Positions 19,155 through 29,378 of a DNA stretch of 64,000 nt are shown piece by piece (positions within the stretch are counted from its first letter, which is position 1; each line of letters opens with the position of its first letter). The notes below the pieces were generated by a model. That model saw only the letters and a program-made list of their open reading frames with translations, was not told the origin of the DNA and did not search any database. The position numbers and the translations under genes are program-made. Source of the DNA: an uncultured Clostridia bacterium (GTDB lineage Bacteria > Bacillota > Clostridia > Christensenellales > CAG-314); contig CALVLA010000001.1 in NCBI GenBank assembly GCA_944336125.1, positions 162,516 through 226,515 on the forward strand. The letters are read 5' to 3'.

Positions 19155-21406
19155 TTTGCCTCCTTTTTGTTTTTAGCGGCATAGTAGTTCATAAGGCAGC
19201 CTTCGAGAAGAATTGTTTTTTCGTCGTCGGTAAGCCCTTTGACGTGAAGCATAATGTCCCTGACGCCGTTTTTGGTGATTACCTTTGCAGGGAAGTCTTG
19301 TTTGCCCATTTCGACTTTTCTGCGTACCGACGGAATAAAGAGATAATCCCCTTCCTCGTAGTCGAAGGAAGTTTTTTCGTCAATGGTAAACGGCATAATG
19401 CCCCAGTTTATGCAGTTGCTCCTGTAACGTTTGGTTGCGAATTCGTAACAGATGTTTGCGTCGCCGCCCAAAACTTTCTGACAGCTTGCCGCCTGTTCGC
19501 GCGCCGAGCCGTCACCCGGTTTTGTAGCGAAAATGCATGAGCCGTAACTTGTGTTTTTGACGAGTTCGTCAGCGTTGCCCACTTTTGACAAAGCGTATCT
19601 GATGTCGTCGCTGACTTTGCCTTCACGCCTGTCTCTGTCCTCTGCCTGAATTTTTTTGGAGCGTGAAACATATTCGGGAACGCGTCTCGAAAGAGCAAAT
19701 TCGGAAAGTTTGAGCGGATTTGAACGATAGCTGGAAGTTTCGCCCGACGGAATAAGTTCGTCGGTAGTAGTAACAGGGTCGTGAATTACCGCAGCGAGTT
19801 TTACAAGCATGTTTTCGCTCATTTCGTGCATTTTCGGCCAGTCGGCAATGTTAGGTCCGAATTTAAGCGCCTCGTCAGGCTGCGGATTGCCGAAACCTTT
19901 GTAAACGCGTTTGTTGTAAATTTCTTCGTCGTAACGGTACTCGTATTTTGTTACTTCGTAATCCACGTCGGAAGCCGCCGTCAACACGCCGCCGTTTTTG
20001 GCTGTTGCGGCAATGGATCTTGCGTCCATGAGGGCAACGCCGGAAAGCTGTCCCTGACCCGGTTTTGAGCCTTCGCGGTTAGGGAAGTTGCGGGTTGTGT
20101 GCCTGATCGACAAACCGTTATTGGAAGGAACGTCTCCTGCGCCGAAGCAAGGTCCGCAGAAAGCAGGTTTTATGAGAGCGCCTGCCTCGATGAGTTTTGC
20201 CGCCACGCCGTTTTTTACGATTTCCATCATGAGCGGCTGACTTGCAGGGTATGCCGACAAAGTGAAGTAGCCGTTTCCTGTGGAAGCACCCGACAAAATG
20301 TCCGCCGCTTCGCAGAGGTTTTCAAAAAGTCCGCCTGCGCAGCCTGCGATTATGCCTTGGTCTACGATAATGTCATTTCCTCTGATTTTGGAAAGAAGGT
20401 CAAGCTCGACTTTTCCGCCGAACTGTTCCTTCACGCTTTTTTCGACTTGTGCAAAAATGTCATTTGCGTTTTGTTTAAGCTCGTTTATCGAAAAGGCGTT
20501 TGACGGGTGGAAAGGCAAAGCAATCATGCACTCCACTTTGCTGAGGTCGATTTTTACGCAGCCGTCGTAGTATGCCACGTCTTTTGGCTCGAGCTTCATG
20601 TATCTGTCACCCATGAGGTGAGTTTGGTAATATTGTTTGACTTTGTCGTCAGTCTCCCAGATAGAGCTGAGGCAAGTCGTTTCGGTAGTCATGACGTCAA
20701 TGCCGTTTCTGAAATCTACCGAAAGGTTTTTTACGCCGGGACCCACAAACTCCAGCACTTTGTTTTTCACGAAGCCGTTTTCAAACACCGCTTTGCAAAG
20801 AGCGATTGCGACGTCGTGAGGACCTACGCCGTGACGAGGTTGTCCTTCGAGGTAAACGCAGATGACTTCGGGATTGTCAATGTCGTAAGTGTTTTTAAGC
20901 AGTTGTTTGACAAGTTCGGGACCGCCTTCGCCTACGCCCATTGTTCCCAGCGCGCCGTAACGAGTGTGACTGTCCGAACCCAAAACCATTTTTCCGCAGC
21001 CCACCACCGCTTCGCGTGCGTACTGGTGAATTACCGCAACGTTTGTAGGCACAAAGTTGCCGCCGTATTTTTTTGCGGCGGAAAGACCGAACACGTGGTC
21101 GTCCTCGTTTATCGTACCGCCAACCGCGCAAAGACTGTTGTGGCAGTTTGTGAGGTTGTATTCAAGCGGAAACTGTTTGAGACCGCTGGCTCTCGCCGTC
21201 TGAATAATACCTACGTATGTAATGTCGTGCGACATCAAAGCGTCAAACTTAATGCGGAGTTTTCCTTTTTCGTTTGACTTGTTGTGACTGTTCAAAATCT
21301 GGTAGGCGATCGTGCCGTTTTTGGCTTCGGCTTTGTTGATGTTTCCGACCTCTGTCGAAAGTTTGCCGTCTTTAAGCAAAATGCCTTGTTTTATGAGTTC
21401 TATCAC
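19151..21406 (-). CDS. Aconitase-family hydratase (YbhJ-like), probable aconitate hydratase
   Basis: [33 protein letters not shown] and GDGSARE motifs; AGGAGG SD before GTG 21406; coupled to icd. Confidence 0.9.
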   Translation of the reverse strand: MIELIKQGILLKDGKLSTEVGNINKAEAKNGTIAYQILNSHNKSNEKGKLRIKFDALMSHDITYVGIIQTARASGLKQFPLEYNLTNCHNSLCAVGGTINEDDHVFGLSAAKKYGGNFVPTNVAVIHQYAREAVVGCGKMVLGSDSHTRYGALGTMGVGEGGPELVKQLLKNTYDIDNPEVICVYLEGQPRHGVGPHDVAIALCKAVFENGFVKNKVLEFVGPGVKNLSVDFRNGIDVMTTETTCLSSIWETDDKVKQYYQTHLMGDRYMKLEPKDVAYYDGCVKIDLSKVECMIALPFHPSNAFSINELKQNANDIFAQVEKSVKEQFGGKVELDLLSKIRGNDIIVDQGIIAGCAGGLFENLCEAADILSGASTGNGYFTLSAYPASQPLMMEIVKNGVAAKLIEAGALIKPAFCGPCFGAGDVPSNNGLSIRHTTRNFPNREGSKPGQGQLSGVALMDARSIAATAKNGGVLTAASDVDYEVTKYEYRYDEEIYNKRVYKGFGNPQPDEALKFGPNIADWPKMHEMSENMLVKLAAVIHDPVTTTDELIPSGETSSYRSNPLKLSEFALSRRVPEYVSRSKKIQAEDRDRREGKVSDDIRYALSKVGNADELVKNTSYGSCIFATKPGDGSAREQAASCQKVLGGDANICYEFATKRYRSNCINWGIMPFTIDEKTSFDYEEGDYLFIPSVRRKVEMGKQDFPAKVITKNGVRDIMLHVKGLTDDEKTILLEGCLMNYYAAKNKKEAK

Positions 21407-21477
21407 AGGGGTACCTCCTGACAAAATTTGCTTTAACTAATTAATTATACGATAAAAAGCCGTAAAACACAAAACGT

Positions 21478-22008
21478 TTAAAAGCGGCTCTTTTGATTTA
21501 TTAAAAATTTTTCAAAGGGAAGGGTTTTCAAAAGCAAAACCGAAGCGACGCCCACTATCAGTCCCGCGACAATACCCATCAATGCCAGATACGGCAGATA
21601 AACAAACATTTCGGGTGTTCCCGTGACCAGACAAAAGACGGTATTTTGCACGGCGTTGTGCACCACCGCCGCCGCCACGCTTATCGCGACTACGCTTATT
21701 TTGTCAAAAAACAAAAATACCAAAAGTCCCGAAACGATTACGCTTGCGACACCCGCCGAAAAGCTGTAAAGCCAGCTAGACAACCCTCCCGTAAAAAGAC
21801 TGCCCAACGTGGTCCTTACCGCCACCAAAATGAGGCCGTCCAAAGGGGAAAGCAAAATTACCGCAAGCAAAGTGAATATGTTTGAAATGCCCATTTTCGC
21901 GCCGGGCAGAAAAAGCGGCGGAAAAAGCCCCTCTATCATAAAAGTAATGGTAGCAAGCGCCGTCAGAATACCCAAAAGCGCAATTCTTTTCGCACTGAAC
22001 CTAAACAT
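21478..22008 (-). CDS. Gx transporter family membrane protein (EetB-like, annotated elsewhere as heptaprenyl diphosphate synthase component I)
   Basis: PGAKMGISN and AAVVHNAVQ motifs, all-hydrophobic; follows a NusG_II domain gene. Confidence 0.82.
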   Translation of the reverse strand: MFRFSAKRIALLGILTALATITFMIEGLFPPLFLPGAKMGISNIFTLLAVILLSPLDGLILVAVRTTLGSLFTGGLSSWLYSFSAGVASVIVSGLLVFLFFDKISVVAISVAAAVVHNAVQNTVFCLVTGTPEMFVYLPYLALMGIVAGLIVGVASVLLLKTLPFEKFLINQKSRF

Positions 22009-22011
22009 AAC

Positions 22012-23718
22012 TCACCCGTTGAGAATAGGAGTTTCCTTTTCTCCCTGTCCCACCACTTTGACGTGGTTGACGTCGCATACTATCGCCTGTCCCCCCGCGT
22101 CTATTGCCGGGAAGTTGTTGACGCATTCCTTTGTGGAACTGCAATCTGCTTCCGACATTTTTGCCTTGCCGTCAAAAATCTCGATGACGTTTTTGTGTCC
22201 GTCGGTTTCAACGGTAACAAGGGTTTTTCCGTCAATTTCCTCAACCGTTACAAAATCGCAGTAAGTTTTCCACTCGCCTTTTTGAAGAGAATAGGAAAAG
22301 ACCAAATCGTTTTTGTAAAAAACTGCGATTTTTTCAAGCGTGGTCGAAACCGAAGTAAACACAAAAGCGACAAACAAAACAACCACCGCGACTGCCGTGA
22401 CGGCATATACGAAAATGTCTTTAAAGAGGAAAAACTTTTGCTTTTTGATAAGTTTCAGCCTGTCGATTTCCTCACGCCGTTTTACGTAAATCACTATGCC
22501 CGCCGCGATTAAGCACAAACCCACGCAGGAAAGCACAAGCCACAAATCGGGATTTAGCGGATTGTAAACAAAGCCGTTTTGTGTCATATAACCGCAAAGG
22601 CGATATGACGGGTCGGTTAATTGGATGTCGTCGGCAAAACCGTTTGTCACAACTTCAAGCACGCTTCCCAGCGTCCAGCTCCTTTCAAAAACATATGTGG
22701 CTGAAATTTCGTTTTGAGAAAAATAGCTTCCGTTTATAAATGCGCGCGCCTCGTCGTCCCCCATTACCATAAGAGCGGTAGTAAGAGCGTCTGCGGCAAT
22801 CGGGTCATCGCAGAATATCGATACCGTGCGCATGCCGTTGTCCACAGGCATACCCGTTTCGGGGTTTATAATATGGCAGTACCTTTTGCCGTCAAGCTCA
22901 AAGTATTTTCCCGGTTGGTAGTCGCCGCTTGTGGACATGGAAAGGTTTTTTGCGTTATATTTCGCGTAATACGAAGTGATTTTTTCGGGATTGATTACCC
23001 CTACGCTGAAAGTTCCGTCGTCGGAGGACGGATTTTCCAAAAAAGTTATGCTGCTTCCGCCCAAGTTGACAAAGCCCTGCGTAACAGAGTAGTCTGCGGC
23101 AATTTCCTTTGCCCTCATTGCGGCATAACCTTTGACTATTCCCCCCAAATCGATGTTCATGGTGTAACTGTGTCTGTCCACCGTCACGCTGTTTTGAGGC
23201 AGATACACGTCATTGCCTTCAATCCTGATGTCGCCAAAATTCAAAAGCTGACGAAACGCGTCGATATATTTCTGTTCAGGCAAAGTGTAAAGTTCCCTGT
23301 CGTAAGGCTTTTGAATCGAATTTCCGTCGGCAAACCTTCCCGACAGCTGCCACAAGTCGGTAAGCAAGTAGGTAGCGGGATTAAACGCGCCGTCGGTCGC
23401 CAAGTAAAGTTCTTTCGCGCGGTTCATGACATAAACAAAGTCGTCGCTCGCGTCAATTAAATTTCCGTCACGGTTAAGCCTTGAAGCCTCGCTGTCTTTT
23501 GTGAGCGAAAAAATGCCGTCAATGCGTTTCAGTTCATCCTGCACGGCATTTGCCGCTTCAACTGCATTTTGTCCGTAAAAGGTAATTATATTTTCGGTAT
23601 TAAAGCTGTCGTCGTAAACGGTAGCGGTGTTTCCCTCGGCAAAAACCTTCGGGGAAGAAAAAAACACAACCGAAAAACAAAACAACAACGTCAACACAGC
23701 CGTCAGCTTTTTAAACAT
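22012..23718 (-). CDS. ApbE (FAD:protein FMN transferase) fused through two TM helices to a NusG domain II (EetA/Lin0431-like) domain
   Basis: Signal peptide; IDLGGIVKGY, STSGDY, HIINPETG and ADALTTA ApbE motifs; C-terminal EADCSSTKECV..AIVCDVNHV. Confidence 0.85.
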   Translation of the reverse strand: MFKKLTAVLTLLFCFSVVFFSSPKVFAEGNTATVYDDSFNTENIITFYGQNAVEAANAVQDELKRIDGIFSLTKDSEASRLNRDGNLIDASDDFVYVMNRAKELYLATDGAFNPATYLLTDLWQLSGRFADGNSIQKPYDRELYTLPEQKYIDAFRQLLNFGDIRIEGNDVYLPQNSVTVDRHSYTMNIDLGGIVKGYAAMRAKEIAADYSVTQGFVNLGGSSITFLENPSSDDGTFSVGVINPEKITSYYAKYNAKNLSMSTSGDYQPGKYFELDGKRYCHIINPETGMPVDNGMRTVSIFCDDPIAADALTTALMVMGDDEARAFINGSYFSQNEISATYVFERSWTLGSVLEVVTNGFADDIQLTDPSYRLCGYMTQNGFVYNPLNPDLWLVLSCVGLCLIAAGIVIYVKRREEIDRLKLIKKQKFFLFKDIFVYAVTAVAVVVLFVAFVFTSVSTTLEKIAVFYKNDLVFSYSLQKGEWKTYCDFVTVEEIDGKTLVTVETDGHKNVIEIFDGKAKMSEADCSSTKECVNNFPAIDAGGQAIVCDVNHVKVVGQGEKETPILNG

Positions 23719-23796
23719 AAGTTCATTATAAAAATTAAAACAAAAACTGTCAAACAAGAAAAAAGGCGGTCAAACGACCGCCTTTAGTTTTTTTGT

Positions 23797-26130
23797 TCAG
23801 TTTTTAGCGTATTCCTTGATTTGAGGAGCGCCTGCGATTTTGTCAACCTTTTCGCCTGACACAACTACGAGGGTAGGTGCCTGCATAATGCCGTATTTTT
23901 TAACGAGTTCAGGATGTTCCTGAGCGTCGATTGCTACGTATTTGATGCCGGCTTTGTCAAGGAAGTTTTTTGCCGCAGGGCAGTTAGGGCAAGTTTTGGT
24001 TGTGAAAAGCAAAACCTGTTTTGCTTCGCCCTCCCCTTCCTTTTTGACGTGAAGAGAGGAAACAGCTATGTCGTATTCCTTACGTTCTTTAAATTCCTGA
24101 GTTTTGCCGTCGTTCCAGTTTTGAACAGGTCTGTAGTAACCTGTGATTCTGCTGTAAACTTCGGTTTTGTTTCCGCAGTAAGGGCAGGTGTACTGTTCGC
24201 CCGCGATGTAACCGTGGTCTTTGCATACCGAGTAAGTAGGCGAAATGGTGTAGTAAGGAAGTTTGTAGTTTTCCGCAATTTTTCTGACAAGTGAAGCTGC
24301 GGCTTTCCAGTCAGGCAGTTTTTCGCCGAGGAAGGTGTGGAAAACCGTACCCGATGTGTAACGAGTCTGCAAATCGTCCTGAATGTCGAGAGCGGCAAAC
24401 ACGTCGTCGGTGTAACCTACCGGCAAGTGCGAGCTGTTGGTGTAGTAAGGAGTGCCTCCTTCTTCGGCAGCAGTGATGATGTCAGGATATTTTGCGACGT
24501 CGTGTTTAGCCAGTCTGTACGAAGTAGATTCGGCAGGCGTAGCTTCGAGGTTGTAAAGGTCGCCGTACTGTTCCTGATAGTCGGAAAGTCTTTCTCTCAT
24601 GTGGTCAAGCACTTCCTTACTGAACTTTTGAGTTTCAGGGTGAGTCATGTCTTTTCGAATCCATTTTGCGTTGAGCCCCGCTTCGTTCATGCCCACGAGA
24701 CCGATTGTCGAGAAGTGGTTGTTGAAGGTACCGAGGTAACGTTTTGTGTAAGGGTAAAGACCTTCGTCAAGCAGTTTTGTGATGATTGTACGTTTTACTT
24801 TGAGTGAACGAGCGGAGATGTCCATGAGCTTGTCAAGTCTTCTGTAAAAATCCGCTTCGTCCTTAGCGAGGTAAGCTATACGAGGCATGTTGATGGTAAC
24901 TACGCCTACGGAGCCTGTGCTTTCGCCCGAACCGAAGAAGCCGCCTGATTTTTTGCGGAGTTCCCTGAGGTCGAGACGCAGACGGCAGCACATGCTTCTT
25001 ACGTCGCTAGGTTGCATATCGCTGTTGATGTAGTTTGAGAAGTAAGGAGTACCGTATTTCGCGGTCATTTCGAAAAGCAGCTTGTTGTTTTCGGTTTCGG
25101 ACCAGTCAAAATCCTTTGTGATCGAGTAGGTAGGAATAGGATACTGGAAGCCCCTGCCGTTGGCGTCGCCTTCAATCATAATTTCGATGAAAGCCTTGTT
25201 GACCATATCCATTTCCTTCTGGCAGTCCTTGTATTTGAAGTTCATTTCCTTGCCGCCGACGATAGCGTTAAGTTCGGCGAGGTCACTAGGCACTACCCAG
25301 TCGAGAGTAATGTTTGAGAACGGAGCCTGTGTACCCCAACGGCTAGGAGTGTTTACGCCGTAGATAAAGGACTCGATGCATTTTTTAACTTCGTTGTAAG
25401 TAAGATTGTCGACTTTGACGAAAGGAGCGAGATAAGTATCGAAGGAAGAGAAAGCCTGTGCGCCTGCCCACTCGTTTTGCATGATACCGAGGAAGTTAAC
25501 CATCTGGTTGCAGAGTGTTGCGAGGTGGCTTGCAGGTGAGGAAGTGATTTTGCCGGGAACGCCGCCCAAACCTTCCTGAATGAGTTGTTTAAGAGACCAG
25601 CCTGCGCAGTAACCTGTAAGCATGGAGAGGTCGTGCAGGTGGATATCGCCGTTTCTGTGAGCGTTTGCGATTTCCTCGTCGTAAATTTCCGACAGCCAGT
25701 AGTTTGCGGTGATTGCGCCTGAGTTTGAAAGTATGAGACCGCCTACCGAGTAAGTTACGGTAGAGTTTTCCTTGACGCGCCAGTCAGCGACTTTTACGTA
25801 ATTGTCGACGATTTCCTTGTAGTCGAGGATAGTCGACTTCATGTTGCGGATTTTTTCGCGGTTTTTTCTGTAAAGGATGTATGCTTTGGCAACTTCGGCG
25901 TAGCCTGCCTGAACGAGAACCTGCTCAACGCTGTCCTGAATGTCCTCGACGGAAACAAAACCGTCCTTGATTTTCGGAGTAAAGTCCGCAGTTACTTTGA
26001 GAGCAATCATGTCGATAACCGACGGATGATACTCGGTATTTTGAGCTTCAAAAGCTTTTGTTATAGCGGCGCTGATTTTAGCGATGTCAAAATCTACTTT
26101 TTTGCCGTCTCTTTTAACAACTTGATACAT
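23797..26130 (-). CDS. nrdD: Class III anaerobic ribonucleotide reductase with N-terminal ATP cone and C-terminal glutaredoxin-like domain
   Basis: VVKRDG ATP cone, HDL..YCAGW, SMCCRL, CKDH..CPYC zinc site, YSRITGYY glycyl radical loop, then TCPNC..QAPTL. Confidence 0.95.
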   Translation of the reverse strand: MYQVVKRDGKKVDFDIAKISAAITKAFEAQNTEYHPSVIDMIALKVTADFTPKIKDGFVSVEDIQDSVEQVLVQAGYAEVAKAYILYRKNREKIRNMKSTILDYKEIVDNYVKVADWRVKENSTVTYSVGGLILSNSGAITANYWLSEIYDEEIANAHRNGDIHLHDLSMLTGYCAGWSLKQLIQEGLGGVPGKITSSPASHLATLCNQMVNFLGIMQNEWAGAQAFSSFDTYLAPFVKVDNLTYNEVKKCIESFIYGVNTPSRWGTQAPFSNITLDWVVPSDLAELNAIVGGKEMNFKYKDCQKEMDMVNKAFIEIMIEGDANGRGFQYPIPTYSITKDFDWSETENNKLLFEMTAKYGTPYFSNYINSDMQPSDVRSMCCRLRLDLRELRKKSGGFFGSGESTGSVGVVTINMPRIAYLAKDEADFYRRLDKLMDISARSLKVKRTIITKLLDEGLYPYTKRYLGTFNNHFSTIGLVGMNEAGLNAKWIRKDMTHPETQKFSKEVLDHMRERLSDYQEQYGDLYNLEATPAESTSYRLAKHDVAKYPDIITAAEEGGTPYYTNSSHLPVGYTDDVFAALDIQDDLQTRYTSGTVFHTFLGEKLPDWKAAASLVRKIAENYKLPYYTISPTYSVCKDHGYIAGEQYTCPYCGNKTEVYSRITGYYRPVQNWNDGKTQEFKERKEYDIAVSSLHVKKEGEGEAKQVLLFTTKTCPNCPAAKNFLDKAGIKYVAIDAQEHPELVKKYGIMQAPTLVVVSGEKVDKIAGAPQIKEYAKN

Positions 26131-26169
26131 TTAGCTTCTCTCCTTTGTTGTTTTGTGCTTAATTACCAT

Positions 26170-26248
26170 ACACCATATATATGCCTTTGTCAATAGGCAA
26201 TCACAATATATTGTATAATTTTTTTCTTAACAATCCAATATATTGATT
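26170..26248. promoter_or_regulatory. NrdR boxes around the nrdD promoter
   Basis: TCACAATATATTGTAT (26201-26216) and ATCCAATATATTGATT (26233-26248), 32 bp apart, plus a weaker box at 26170; -35 TTGACA at 26193-26188. Confidence 0.75.
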
Positions 26249-26251
26249 TTG

Positions 26252-26941
26252 TCACACTCCGCGAAGCTGCACGTTTTTGAAGTGTTTTTTAGCAAAATCC
26301 AGCAATATTTTCATGTTTTCGTCGTCATAACCGTGTAAATTCGACTCAATAAGGTCGCCCGAATCGACAAATTTTTGCAGGAAATATTTCGGTTCCGAAC
26401 CAATCCAATCGGAAATATCTTTAAAGTCCTCTTTGACGTGAAACTCTTTGACAACGGTTGTGCGGAACTCAAAATCCACTTTTCCGCTTTTCAAAAACTC
26501 GATGCTTTTTTCAATCGGACTGAGGTCGATGTTTTTGACACCCGCGGTTTGGGCATACTTTTGTCTGCTGTTTTTTATGTCCATTGCGACGTAGTCGATG
26601 ATCCCCTCGCCTACAAGACCAATGAGCTTTTCGGGAAAAGTGCCGTTGGTATCGAGTTTTACACAGTAGCCGAGGCTTTTCGCGTAACGCGCAAGTTCGT
26701 CGACACCGTCGTGAATGAGAGGCTCGCCGCCGCTGATTACCAAAGCGTCGAGAAGCCCCTGCCTTTTTTTCAAAAAGTTTTTGACTTCCCCGACGTCGAT
26801 AGCTTCCTTAGTAGTATGAGTTACCAGCGACGCGTTGTGGCAAAAGGGACAGCGGAAATTGCACCCCGAAGTAAAGACGGTGCACGCCATTTTGCCGGGA
26901 TAATCGACAAGCGAAAGTTTTTGAATACCCGCGATTTTCAT
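26252..26941 (-). CDS. nrdG: Anaerobic ribonucleotide reductase activating radical SAM enzyme
   Basis: SLVDYPG, CNFRCPFCHN, SGGEP and KLDTNG motifs; adjacent to nrdD. Confidence 0.92.
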   Translation of the reverse strand: MKIAGIQKLSLVDYPGKMACTVFTSGCNFRCPFCHNASLVTHTTKEAIDVGEVKNFLKKRQGLLDALVISGGEPLIHDGVDELARYAKSLGYCVKLDTNGTFPEKLIGLVGEGIIDYVAMDIKNSRQKYAQTAGVKNIDLSPIEKSIEFLKSGKVDFEFRTTVVKEFHVKEDFKDISDWIGSEPKYFLQKFVDSGDLIESNLHGYDDENMKILLDFAKKHFKNVQLRGV

Positions 26942-27054
26942 AAACAGCCTCCTTGTGAGTCAAACCATTATGTAGTAAAAAAAATTAAAAGTCAATAGGC
27001 TTGTGCCCTTTACATAAATTTTTTTAAGGGTTAAAATAAACCAAAGAGGCGTGT

Positions 27055-27783
27055 ATGAGAGACTACAAAAAAGAAACTGAAAAACGCGTAAACTGGATTA
27101 AAGACATAGTAAAAGACAGCGGCGCAAAGGGAATTATTTTCGGCAACAGCGGCGGAAAGGACTCTGCGCTGGTGGGAATTTTGTGCAAGCTTGCCTGTGA
27201 AAACACTGTGGGCGTCATTATGCCTTGCCAAAGCAACCGAAACTATACGATAGACAAAACCGACGGCGAAAACCTTGCCGAGGCTTTTGAAATCGAAAAC
27301 AGACTTGTGGACATCACTCCGATAAAAGTGGCGTTTGAAAAAGCATTGCCTGACAACGACAACGTGCTTGCCCTTGCCAACATGAACCCGAGGATAAGGA
27401 TGACTGTTTTGTACGCAATAGGCCAAAAGGAAGGACGGCTTGTCGCCGGTACGGGAAACCTTTCGGAAATAACCATGGGATACTTCACAAAATGGGGAGA
27501 CGGCGCGTGCGACTTCAATCCGATAGCCGACCTTACCGCAACCGAAGTTAAGGAATATCTGAAGTATTTCTCCGCGCCTGAGGCAATAATAACAAAAGCC
27601 CCTTCGGCAGGCCTTTGGGACGGACAGACCGACGAGGAGGAAATGGGTATCACCTACGCCGAACTCGACAAATATATCTTAACGGGCGAGGGAAGCAAAA
27701 ACCTCAAACAAAAGGTCGAAAACGCAAAACAAAAAACCATGCATAAAAAAAGGATGCCCCTTTGGTATCCCGAAACAAAATGA
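27055..27783 (+). CDS. nadE: NH3-dependent NAD+ synthetase
   Basis: SGGKDS, GYFTKWGDG and KAPSAGLWDGQTDE motifs; no glutaminase domain. Confidence 0.93.
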   Translation: MRDYKKETEKRVNWIKDIVKDSGAKGIIFGNSGGKDSALVGILCKLACENTVGVIMPCQSNRNYTIDKTDGENLAEAFEIENRLVDITPIKVAFEKALPDNDNVLALANMNPRIRMTVLYAIGQKEGRLVAGTGNLSEITMGYFTKWGDGACDFNPIADLTATEVKEYLKYFSAPEAIITKAPSAGLWDGQTDEEEMGITYAELDKYILTGEGSKNLKQKVENAKQKTMHKKRMPLWYPETK

Positions 27784-27810
27784 AAAAAACAGCGGCAATG
27801 CCGCTGTTTT

Positions 27811-29301
27811 TTAATTTCCTATTACAACCGTGCCGCCTACCCAAGCGTCAAAAAAGCTTTGGAGGTCAACGCCGCAGCCCTTTGAAAAACTGTCGATGAG
27901 GTTCTGCGGTTTTGCGTTTTTGCCTTTAAACGCCTCAAAGTAAGTTTTCAGCCCCTTTTCAAACTTGCTTTCCCCCACCGAAAAGCACAAATCCTCAAAC
28001 ATAAGCATTCCTTTCGTGTACGTCATGCAGACATATTCCTGCTCGGTAGGAAAATCGTTGGTGGCCCTGCTCATGGAAGTGTCAACTTTGTCGTTGAATG
28101 TTGACAGCACGTCGACAAAGGTGGTGTAAAGTTTTTCCGCGCTTTTTATAATTTTTTGGTAGTTGTATTCCTCGCAATATTCCTCGTGTTTTTTGAAAAA
28201 CAACGCGGTCGAGTATTCAGCAAGCCCTTCGTCCATCCATGCGTAAGCCACCTGATCGTTTCCCACGAGGTTATACCACCACTGGTGAGCGATCTCATGC
28301 ACTATGACCTGTTTAAGATAATCGTCGTCGATGTCTGCCGAAACGAAAACAAGGTTGGGATATTCCATACCGCCGTAAACAAAGTCGGTCTGTGCCACGC
28401 AAAGGCTTTCGTAAGGATAGTCGCCTATCATTTCCTCAAAAGTTTCGACGGCTTTTTGAGCCGCTTTCAGGTTTTCGTCGGCAAGTTGGTCGTCAAAGTA
28501 AAGATACTGAACGGTAGTGTCCCCTGCCTTGCCCTTTTTGACCTGATATTTGTCCGAAAAGCAAAGGGCAAAATCTCTCACGACATAAGCCTCGGAAGTG
28601 AGGATTTTCTTTTCCCCTTCCGTTGTTACCGAAAAGTTTCCCGTAGAGGCTGCGGTAAGTTTTTCGGGATAAGTAAAGGTCACATGATAGTTTGCCATGT
28701 CCGAGTAAAACGGGTCGCCGTTTGAGTAATAAGGATTTGTCACCCAGCCGTCGTCGTAAACGCAGGCTACGGGATACCAGTTGCCCAGCGAATAGTTGTT
28801 TTGAGTGTAGCCGTAACGGTGCGCCGCCATAGGCAGATAGTCGGTAAACTCTATTTCGAAAGTAGCGGTCTGTCCCTTTTGAAGCCCGCCCTCTACCCAA
28901 ATCGACAATATGTTCATGTCGTCGCCGCCTATGTCAAACTCGGTATTTTTGCCGTTGGCTTTGACTAATTCCACCTCAATTTTGCCGTAGCTTTTTCCGT
29001 TAGGATAAGCGTTTGTTTCGTTTTGTGCCGAAACGGGCTTGATTTTAGCGTCCTCGCGGAAAGCGTTTGGGTAAAGATGAAATTTTACCTCCTGAAGGGT
29101 TGACCCGCTGTTGTTTTTGTACTCCACCTTTTGCGAAGCGGAAACCGTTTTGGTGTTTGTGTCAAGTTCCGCCGAAATGTAGTAGTTTGAAAGGTCGTCC
29201 TTGTTTGAGGAAATAAAGTCCCCGCCGGAAGAACAGCCGAAAAAAACGAAAGAGGAAGTTACCATGCAAACCGCAAGAATTGCCGCGTAAAGTTTTTTCA
29301 T
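27811..29301 (-). CDS. M1-family (gluzincin) metallopeptidase, probable lipoprotein
   Basis: GGMEYP, HEIAHQWW..DEGLAE and YTKG motifs; FFGC lipobox; GAGG SD. Confidence 0.9.
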   Translation of the reverse strand: MKKLYAAILAVCMVTSSFVFFGCSSGGDFISSNKDDLSNYYISAELDTNTKTVSASQKVEYKNNSGSTLQEVKFHLYPNAFREDAKIKPVSAQNETNAYPNGKSYGKIEVELVKANGKNTEFDIGGDDMNILSIWVEGGLQKGQTATFEIEFTDYLPMAAHRYGYTQNNYSLGNWYPVACVYDDGWVTNPYYSNGDPFYSDMANYHVTFTYPEKLTAASTGNFSVTTEGEKKILTSEAYVVRDFALCFSDKYQVKKGKAGDTTVQYLYFDDQLADENLKAAQKAVETFEEMIGDYPYESLCVAQTDFVYGGMEYPNLVFVSADIDDDYLKQVIVHEIAHQWWYNLVGNDQVAYAWMDEGLAEYSTALFFKKHEEYCEEYNYQKIIKSAEKLYTTFVDVLSTFNDKVDTSMSRATNDFPTEQEYVCMTYTKGMLMFEDLCFSVGESKFEKGLKTYFEAFKGKNAKPQNLIDSFSKGCGVDLQSFFDAWVGGTVVIGN

Positions 29302-29378
29302 AAATACCTCGAAAACAAATCTCACGATAATATATTCATAGTGTTGACTTTGTATATCAAAAATAATAAACTTTGAGT

